Positions 37,553-44,257 of a DNA stretch of 44,257 bases are shown piece after piece. The stretch is from an uncultured Planctomycetia bacterium (GTDB lineage Bacteria > Omnitrophota > Gorgyraeia > 2-01-FULL-45-10), in contig CAYVCD010000003.1 in assembly GCA_964450115.1 (NCBI GenBank), positions 1 to 44,257 on the forward strand, written 5' to 3'. Made by a program: the position numbers and the translations under genes. The notes beneath the pieces were generated by a model that was given only the letters and a program-made list of their open reading frames with translations, ran no database searches and had not been told where the DNA came from. Positions within the stretch are counted from its first letter, which is position 1. The number at the start of each line of letters is the position of its first letter.

Positions 37553-38809
37553 ATGCTCAAAAAAAGACGTGTTGTCGTTACGGGACTTGGAACAGTAAGC
37601 CCGATCGGCTGCACCATCGATAAGTTCTGGAACTCCCTCCTCGAAGGCAAGAGCGGTGTAAGAAGGTTAAGTCGTTTTGATCCTACCTATTATACCTGTA
37701 AGATTGGGGCTGAGGTGATCGATTTCGATCCATCTCCTTATCTTTCCGCTAAGGAGCTGAAGCGAATGGATAGATTCGTCCAGTTCGCTGTCGTCAGCGC
37801 CAAGATGGCCATGCAAGATTCCAAGATAGACCTCGATAAGTCGGACAGGGAGAGGATCGGCGTGCTTGTGGGTTCCGGTATAGGCGGACTTCATACAGTC
37901 GAAGCCGAGCACAGACAATATTTAGCTTTAGGCCCCGAAAAGGGCCCCGCAAGGATTTCCCCGTTCCTAATACCCATGTTGATCATAAATATGGCTTCCG
38001 GGCAGATATCCATCACCATGGGTCTTAAGGGACCTAATACCGCTGTCGGTACGGCCTGCGCCACTGGTAACCATTCTATAGGCGATGCTTTCAGGATAAT
38101 ACAGAGGGATGAGGCGGACGTCATGGTGTGCGGCGGGAGCGAAGCTGCCATCACCGTAATGGGTTTCGGAGGTTTCTGCGCCCTTAAGGCAGTATCTCTC
38201 AGGAACGACGATCCTGCCAGGGCATCGCGGCCATTCGATAAGAATAGAGACGGTTTTGTCATGGGAGAAGGTTGCGGCGTGGTGATATTGGAGGAGTTGG
38301 AGCACGCGCTTAAGAGGAATGCACATATATATTGCGAGATGGCAGGATACGGGATGAGCGGAGACGCTTATCATATGACCGCTCCGGATCCTCAGGGTGA
38401 CGGCGGCGTGCGGTGCATGAGAGCGTCGCTCAAAGATGCCGGCGTAAAGCCGGAAGATGTCGATTATATAAACGCGCACGGTACATCCACCCTTTATAAT
38501 GACAAGATAGAGACGCTTGCCATAAAGAAGGTCTTCGGAGCTCATGCCAAAAAGCTGGCTATCAGCTCCACAAAGAGCGTCATGGGACATCTCCTGGGCG
38601 CGGCCGGCGGGGTCGAGATGATAGTATGCGCATTGGCCATAAAACATTCAATAATACCCCCTACCATTAATTATGAAACACCCGATCCGGATTGCGATCT
38701 CGACTATGTTCCGAACAAACCCAGGCATCACAAGATAAAGGTGGCGACGTCAAATGCCCTCGGTTTTGGCGGACACAATGCAACATTGGTCGTAAAAAAG
38801 TATACTTAG
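37553..38809 (+). CDS. fabF: 3-oxoacyl-ACP synthase II
   Basis: RRVVVTGLG, TACATG, INAHGTST, GHLLGAAG, GFGGHN. Confidence 0.97.
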   Translation: MLKKRRVVVTGLGTVSPIGCTIDKFWNSLLEGKSGVRRLSRFDPTYYTCKIGAEVIDFDPSPYLSAKELKRMDRFVQFAVVSAKMAMQDSKIDLDKSDRERIGVLVGSGIGGLHTVEAEHRQYLALGPEKGPARISPFLIPMLIINMASGQISITMGLKGPNTAVGTACATGNHSIGDAFRIIQRDEADVMVCGGSEAAITVMGFGGFCALKAVSLRNDDPARASRPFDKNRDGFVMGEGCGVVILEELEHALKRNAHIYCEMAGYGMSGDAYHMTAPDPQGDGGVRCMRASLKDAGVKPEDVDYINAHGTSTLYNDKIETLAIKKVFGAHAKKLAISSTKSVMGHLLGAAGGVEMIVCALAIKHSIIPPTINYETPDPDCDLDYVPNKPRHHKIKVATSNALGFGGHNATLVVKKYT

Positions 38810-38835
38810 ACTAATTAGTTAGCGTATCAAAATAG

Positions 38836-38861
38836 GTAGGGCACACTTAAGTGTGCCCTAC
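38836..38861. repeat. GTAG-type REP palindrome, intergenic
   Basis: Perfect 26-bp palindrome GTAGGGCACACTT-AAGTGTGCCCTAC between fabF and the acyl-CoA dehydrogenase gene. Confidence 0.85.
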
Positions 38862-38892
38862 TGCTGTGAAAATTACTACAAGGAGATCATTT

Positions 38893-40053
38893 ATGGATTA
38901 TCTATTTAATGAACAGCAGGTGATGGTTCGTGACCTGGCGCGCAAGATCGCGCAGGAGAAGATAAAACCCGTAGCGGCCCATTACGACGAGACGGAAGAG
39001 TTCGCATGGCCGATAATGAAGATCCTTTCGGATAGCGATCTATTCGGCGTATATATTCCCGAGGCATATGGCGGCCTTGGCGGCGGCATCACGGAGATGT
39101 GTCTGGTCACTGAAGAGCTGTCAAGAGCCTGCGGCGGCATAGCGCTAGGGTTTGCCGGAACGGGCCTCGGCACCTTCCCGATACTTTTGTACGGAAGCGA
39201 AGAGCAGAAGAAGAAGTACCTGCCCGATATAGCAAAAGGTAAAAGGCTGGCGGCTTTCTGTATCACAGAGGCGGAAGCAGGCTCCGATGCCGGCGGCATA
39301 AAGACAACGGCGAAGAAAGACGGTGACCACTATATATTGAATGGCACCAAGCAGTGGATCACAAACGCCGGCGAAGCTGAAGTCTACACCGTCATAGCGA
39401 TGACCGATAAGACAAAAGGCGCAAGAGGTGCGAGCGCATTTATTGTGGAGAAGGGCACAAAGGGCCTGGAGTTTGGCTTAAAAGAGAAGAAGATGGGCAT
39501 CCGGGCTTCGGCGACCAGAGAAGTAATATTTACCGATTGTAAAGTACCTAAAGAGAATCTCATATCAAAAGAAGGCATGGGATTCATAGTGGCCATGAAG
39601 ACATTCGATAATTCGCGCCCGGGAGTGGCGGCGCAGGCTGTAGGAATAGCGCAAGGCTCTTTGGATGTCGCGCTTGAGTACGCTAGAAAGAGGATACAGT
39701 TCGGCCAACCCATATCGAGCTTCCAGGCCATACAGCATATGCTGGCGGACATGGGAACACAGATAGAGGCCGCAAGGGCCCTTGTATTCGCTACCGCCAG
39801 AATGGTGGACGCGGGCATAACGGGTGTTGCCAAGGATTCGGCCATGTGTAAACTATTCGCAGGAGATATGGCGATGAAGGTCACCACAGATGCGGTCCAG
39901 ATCCTGGGCGGATACGGTTATATGAGAGACTACCCGGCCGAAAAATATATGAGAGACGCCAAGATAACGCAGATATATGAGGGCACCAACCAGATACAGC
40001 GCAACGTCATCGCGGCTCACATGATCAAGGAATCGTTAAAAGCGTCAAAATAG
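38893..40053 (+). CDS. Acyl-CoA dehydrogenase (butyryl-CoA dehydrogenase-like)
   Basis: FCITEAEAGSD, NGTKQWITN, KKMGIRAS, RIQFGQPI, QILGGYGY, YEGTNQIQR. RBS AGGAG before ATG 38893. Confidence 0.95.
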   Translation: MDYLFNEQQVMVRDLARKIAQEKIKPVAAHYDETEEFAWPIMKILSDSDLFGVYIPEAYGGLGGGITEMCLVTEELSRACGGIALGFAGTGLGTFPILLYGSEEQKKKYLPDIAKGKRLAAFCITEAEAGSDAGGIKTTAKKDGDHYILNGTKQWITNAGEAEVYTVIAMTDKTKGARGASAFIVEKGTKGLEFGLKEKKMGIRASATREVIFTDCKVPKENLISKEGMGFIVAMKTFDNSRPGVAAQAVGIAQGSLDVALEYARKRIQFGQPISSFQAIQHMLADMGTQIEAARALVFATARMVDAGITGVAKDSAMCKLFAGDMAMKVTTDAVQILGGYGYMRDYPAEKYMRDAKITQIYEGTNQIQRNVIAAHMIKESLKASK

Positions 40054-40055
40054 AT

Positions 40056-40838
40056 ATGCATATAATAGTCTGTATAAAACAAGTCCCGAATACGACCGAC
40101 GTAAAGATAGACCCGGTCAAGAATACGCTCATCCGCGAAGGTGTAGAGAGCATCATCAATCCATTCGATACTTACGCCATAGAGGAAGCGGTACGCCTGA
40201 AAGAGCGCTTCACCGGCAAAGTCACCGTGGTCACGATGGGTCCACCGCAGGCAGAGTCCGCCCTGAAAGAAGCGATCTCTCTAGGTTGCGATGAAGGAAT
40301 ATTGGTTAGCGACAGGAAATTTGCCGGCAGCGATACCTGGGCGACGAGTTACACGCTTTCCTGTGCCATAAAAAAGATAGGTGCTTTCGATATTATTTTA
40401 TGCGGTAAACAAGCCTCGGACGGGGATACGGCGCAGGTGGGGCCGGGGATCTCCACTCATTTAGACATACCTCAAGTGACATACGTAAAGAAGATAGAGG
40501 AGATCAAAGGCGGCTTGGCCAGGGTAGAGAGGATGATGGAGGAGGGCTACGATATTGTAGAGACTCCTATACCTTGCCTCTTCACGGTAGTGAAAGAGAT
40601 AAATACGCCGAGGCTGCCTTCATTGAAAGGCATGATGAGAGCCAAAGCCGCGAAAATTGTTCAATGGACCGCAGCCGACATAAATAGCGAGCCTAAAAAT
40701 ATAGGCCTGGACGGTTCTCCGACCAGGGTGGTAAAGATATTCACGCCTGCCCCGAGAAAGGGCGGCGAGATGCTGAAGGGCGATGCGGCCGAGCTGGCCC
40801 AAAAGGTCGGCGATCTCCTTAAGGATATAATAATTTAA
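40056..40838 (+). CDS. etfB: Electron transfer flavoprotein beta subunit
   Basis: VCIKQVP, INPFD, MGPP, FAGSDTWATS, CGKQASDGDTAQVGP, GLDGSPT. Confidence 0.96.
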   Translation: MHIIVCIKQVPNTTDVKIDPVKNTLIREGVESIINPFDTYAIEEAVRLKERFTGKVTVVTMGPPQAESALKEAISLGCDEGILVSDRKFAGSDTWATSYTLSCAIKKIGAFDIILCGKQASDGDTAQVGPGISTHLDIPQVTYVKKIEEIKGGLARVERMMEEGYDIVETPIPCLFTVVKEINTPRLPSLKGMMRAKAAKIVQWTAADINSEPKNIGLDGSPTRVVKIFTPAPRKGGEMLKGDAAELAQKVGDLLKDIII

Positions 40839-40842
40839 TCTC

Positions 40843-42048
40843 ATGGACGACTCAAAGATAAATATAATACTGGAGAAATGTACGGGCTGCACACTTTGTG
40901 TACGCATATGCCCGTTCGGTGCTATTAAGATTGAAAATAAAAAAGCCATCATAGACCTGTCAAAGTGCAATCTATGCGGCGCGTGCGTCGATTCATGTAA
41001 ATTTGCGGCCATAGTGGTGGATAAGGGGTCGGTTGCCAAGAAAGACCTGAGCGCTTATAAGGACGTATGGGTATTTTGCGAACAGAAGAAGGGCGTCATT
41101 CAGACCATCTCTTTTGAGTTGCTCGGAGAAGGAAAGAAGCTGGCAAATAAATTGGGCGGCAAGCTATGCGCGGTGCTTTTAGGGGACAAGATAGAGCCTA
41201 AAGTGGATGAGTTGGTGTGGCGCGGCGCCGATAAAGTATATTTGGTGGATGCGCCGGAACTGAAGAATTACCAGGATGACCCATATACAAAAGTTCTGGT
41301 GGAGCTTGTGAAAGAGTATAAGCCCGAGGTCATACTATGCGGCGCCACGGTTATAGGCAGAAGCCTTATTTCTAGAGTGGCAATAACTATAGATGCCGGC
41401 CTGACCGCCGATTGCACCGGTCTTGATATCGACGAAAAGGAACGGCTCCTGCTTCAGACGCGTCCGGCATTTGGCGGGAATATAATGGCTACGATCATAA
41501 CCCCTAATCACAGGCCGCAGATGTCGACCGTCCGCCACAAGGTCATGAAAGAGCCTGAGCTCAATAAATCGCACAAAGCGGAAGTGATAAAGAAGAAGTA
41601 TAGCAATAATATTTTAAGCTCCCGGACAAGGATAATAGATATAGTAGAGGAGATAGAGGAGACGATCAATCTCTCCGAAGCTGATATAATAGTTTCAGGC
41701 GGCAGAGGTATCGGAGGCCCGGAGAACTTCTCTCACATAAAGGAATTGGCAAAAGTTTTGGGCGCGGCTGTCGGCGCTTCCAGGGCCACTGTCGATGCAG
41801 GGTGGATACCGTATTCTCATCAGGTAGGGCAGACAGGAAAGACCGTATGCCCGAAGCTCTACATAGCGTGCGGCATCAGCGGCCAGATCCAGCATCTCAT
41901 CGGCATGCAGTCATCAAAAGTCATTCTGGCCATCAACAAGGACCCGGATGCTCCCATCTTCAAAGTCGCCACATACGGCATAGTCGGCGACATCTTCGAG
42001 ATAATCCCCGCTCTCACTAAAGAGTTCAAGAAGATCCTCAAGAAGTAA
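40843..42048 (+). CDS. etfA: Electron transfer flavoprotein alpha subunit with N-terminal 2x[4Fe-4S] ferredoxin domain
   Basis: [12 protein letters not shown] and [11 protein letters not shown]; [40 protein letters not shown]. Confidence 0.96.
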   Translation: MDDSKINIILEKCTGCTLCVRICPFGAIKIENKKAIIDLSKCNLCGACVDSCKFAAIVVDKGSVAKKDLSAYKDVWVFCEQKKGVIQTISFELLGEGKKLANKLGGKLCAVLLGDKIEPKVDELVWRGADKVYLVDAPELKNYQDDPYTKVLVELVKEYKPEVILCGATVIGRSLISRVAITIDAGLTADCTGLDIDEKERLLLQTRPAFGGNIMATIITPNHRPQMSTVRHKVMKEPELNKSHKAEVIKKKYSNNILSSRTRIIDIVEEIEETINLSEADIIVSGGRGIGGPENFSHIKELAKVLGAAVGASRATVDAGWIPYSHQVGQTGKTVCPKLYIACGISGQIQHLIGMQSSKVILAINKDPDAPIFKVATYGIVGDIFEIIPALTKEFKKILKK

Positions 42049-42080
42049 ATACGCATTCCCAAATAATATTGCTAACTATC

Positions 42081-42109
42081 TTGCCTTTGACTTAATCCTG
42101 TGATATACT
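42081..42109 (+). promoter_or_regulatory. sigma70-type promoter of smc
   Basis: TTGCCT-17 bp-TATACT with extended -10 TG. Confidence 0.6.
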
Positions 42110-42166
42110 TTATTACGCTTTCATATTAACTACGTTTATTTATATATTTTATACACGGAATCTTAA

Positions 42167-44257
42167 ATGTATTTTAAATCACTAGAGCTGCTCGGATTCA
42201 AATCTTTCGCCGAGAAGACGAAGCTTAATTTCGAACCCGGTGTCACGGCAATCGTCGGTCCAAATGGCTGCGGGAAATGCTTGAGCGGCTCAAGTGAGGT
42301 CTGCCTTGCGGACGGTTCTAAGATCACTATCAAGGAGTTAGTAAATCAAGCTTTCCATCGTGCCGATAATATAGAAAAACTCGACGATGGATATCTGGCA
42401 TATCCCAATAACTCTGACACTTTTGTCTTGTCACTTAATCCTCATACCCTTGAGATAGAGCCTAAGCCTGTATGCGCGTTTATAAAGCGTGAGGCTCCTG
42501 AATATCTCCTGAGAGTAAAAACAAAGTCCGGCAGAGCCGTAACGACCACCCATTATCATCCATTTTTTACCATTAAAGACGGCGAACTTGTAACCTTAAA
42601 GGCGGATGAGCTTAAGGTAGGGACGAGAATATCAGTGCCTCGAGTGCTAAAAACTCAAAACTCGAGTAATAAACTAGACCTCTTCGAAATATTTAAGAAA
42701 TTCAATGAGTCGGATTCTGTATATGTTCCTTATTCTGAAGAATTGGCGGAGGTAGTTGGTTCATTAAGGGAGGGGCACAAGACCCTTGCCGATATGAGCG
42801 GCTCTTCCGATATCAAATATATAGCGCTGAAATCCTTCCTGGACGGACAATCGATGAGCCTGCCTAATTTTACACGGCTTCTCGAAAAGAACGGTATTAA
42901 CGAGATCCCGGACTCCGTAAGAACTATTAAATCAAAAGGGATCGGTAGTTTTAATCTACCGCGCCAGATCGATAAAGCAATAGCCAGATTCCTGGGGTAC
43001 ATAATATCCGAAGGCAGGACGACAAAGGTCAATCAGATATGGTTTACGAACGAAGACGAAAAGATGGTGGAAGATTTTATTTCGTGCGCAAAGTCCGGAT
43101 TCGGTGTCGAAGCGAAGGCCTTTGATTATAAGGAGTGCGCGCGCGATGTGCTTATATTCTCTCATGCGTTATGCCAGTTCCTGGAGAAGGCGTTTGAGTT
43201 CAAAATAGATGGATGCTCAAGAGATAAGAAGGTGCCCCCGCAGATCTTTTCAGCGGACGAGTCAATAATAAGATCGTTCCTCTCGGCGCTCTTTGAAGGG
43301 GACGGCTATATATCAGTGGAGAGGCCGGCCGATAAGCTCCCTTACTTTGAATATGCGACCGCCTCGAAGCCCCTGGCAGAAGGGATAGCGAGCTTACTCT
43401 TAAGGCTCGGCGTGATATCTTTGATCCGCGAGAAGCGAAAATGTGCTTCCAATACCGCCGCCAAGACAAAGCGAAAATATTATTCGATATATATTTACGG
43501 TATGGATAATGTAAAAAAGCTGGCGGATCTTCTGCATTTTTCAGGAAAGAAGAACGAGAAGCTGGAAAAAATACGGTCCTTGAATTATAAGACGAATCCC
43601 AACCTGGATCTCATACCGGGGATCAACAAACTTTTTAAGACGTTGATCAAGTCATGCGGCCTGAGCGTAAAGAAACTCAAAAAGATATCACCGAAGTTGG
43701 TGAGTTATTATGAAGATAGATGCTTGCCGGGCCGCAGGGGGCTCAAGGAAGCGCTTAATATTGTAGCCGAACATGGTGAGTTTACAGGATTTGCCAAGTC
43801 GATCTTCGACTACCTGATGTCTTTAGCCGATTCCGATATATATTGGGACGAAATAGTAAGCATCGAAAAGATGCGCCCAGAAAGATGGGTTTACGATCTA
43901 ACGATACTGGGCAATCATAATTTTATCGCCCAAGATATCATAGTGCATAATAGTAATGTTGCCGACGCGATACGATGGGTCCTCGGAGAACAGTCCGCAA
44001 AATCTCTTCGCGCCTCCAACATGCAGGACGTCATCTTCAACGGCACCGATACAAAAGAGCCGATCAACTTCGCGGAAGTCTCCCTCATATTTTCCAATGA
44101 AAAGAGAGTTCTCCCGATAGATTACGACGAAGTCACCATAACCCGACGCGTATTCCGTTCCGGCGATACAGAGTATCTCCTTAACAAAACCCCCGTAAGA
44201 TTAAAAGATATCTCCGAGCTCCTGATGGGCACCGGCATAGGCACGGAAAGCTATTCC
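42167..44257 (+). CDS. smc: Chromosome segregation protein SMC, N-terminal part, intein-containing; runs off the window end and is absent from the ORF track
   Basis: Hand translation: [18 protein letters not shown]...[11 protein letters not shown]-[intein][32 protein letters not shown]...[16 protein letters not shown]...RLKDI. No in-frame stop. Confidence 0.96.
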   Translation, partial: MYFKSLELLGFKSFAEKTKLNFEPGVTAIVGPNGCGKCLSGSSEVCLADGSKITIKELVNQAFHRADNIEKLDDGYLAYPNNSDTFVLSLNPHTLEIEPKPVCAFIKREAPEYLLRVKTKSGRAVTTTHYHPFFTIKDGELVTLKADELKVGTRISVPRVLKTQNSSNKLDLFEIFKKFNESDSVYVPYSEELAEVVGSLREGHKTLADMSGSSDIKYIALKSFLDGQSMSLPNFTRLLEKNGINEIPDSVRTIKSKGIGSFNLPRQIDKAIARFLGYIISEGRTTKVNQIWFTNEDEKMVEDFISCAKSGFGVEAKAFDYKECARDVLIFSHALCQFLEKAFEFKIDGCSRDKKVPPQIFSADESIIRSFLSALFEGDGYISVERPADKLPYFEYATASKPLAEGIASLLLRLGVISLIREKRKCASNTAAKTKRKYYSIYIYGMDNVKKLADLLHFSGKKNEKLEKIRSLNYKTNPNLDLIPGINKLFKTLIKSCGLSVKKLKKISPKLVSYYEDRCLPGRRGLKEALNIVAEHGEFTGFAKSIFDYLMSLADSDIYWDEIVSIEKMRPERWVYDLTILGNHNFIAQDIIVHNSNVADAIRWVLGEQSAKSLRASNMQDVIFNGTDTKEPINFAEVSLIFSNEKRVLPIDYDEVTITRRVFRSGDTEYLLNKTPVRLKDISELLMGTGIGTESYS
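42278..43951 (+). mobile_element. Intein (558 aa) with LAGLIDADG homing endonuclease
   Basis: Block [14 protein letters not shown], block [18 protein letters not shown] motifs [11 protein letters not shown] (42983-43015) and [10 protein letters not shown] (43277-43306), block [15 protein letters not shown], block G IVHN followed by Ser+1. Confidence 0.96.

Noticed and set aside
38851-38892. GTG start extending the acyl-CoA dehydrogenase
   Set aside because: The GTG lies within the REP palindrome; ATG 38893 has a proper AGGAG RBS and a family-typical start.
42730-44097. Minus-strand ORFs listed in the track at the window end
   Set aside because: They are shadows of the continuous plus-strand smc/intein frame.
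1-44257. CRISPR array, rRNA, prophage or IS transposase; the many other short antisense ORFs
   Set aside because: No regularly spaced direct repeats or hallmark genes were seen. The antisense ORFs lie opposite well-supported genes and show no motifs.

Overview
This 44 kb bacterial chromosomal window has every credible gene on the + strand. Gene style and the giant-protein architecture suggest Candidatus Omnitrophota (inference, not verified). Left: a tightly coupled biosynthetic run (argG-argH-lysA-dapF-dapA-dapB-secreted trypsin-like protease-dapL-folK-panC-nadA-nadX-ttcA), a small internally duplicated basic protein, uvrA, a TPR/ExbB/ExbD/TonB-anchor module, several small proteins, cutA and tRNA-Ala(CGC) with a highly structured trailer. 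Middle: a 12.2 kb gene for a 4072-aa exported, membrane-embedded multi-enzyme protein (TIKI/EreA-like N-domain, CPBP-like intramembrane protease, two motif-permuted GHKL ATPases, beta-rich region, HExxH zincin, kinase-like domain, two SAM methyltransferases, two RAPP motifs). Right: an AmmeMemoRadiSam B-A fusion, a 3-repeat membrane protein, rsmE, mtaB, fabG-acpP-fabF, acyl-CoA dehydrogenase-etfB-etfA(ferredoxin-fused), and an smc gene missing from the ORF track that carries a 558-aa LAGLIDADG intein in its Walker A motif, with a CxxC spanning the splice junction. Three different palindromic (REP/RPE-like) repeat types sit in-frame inside protein-coding genes.
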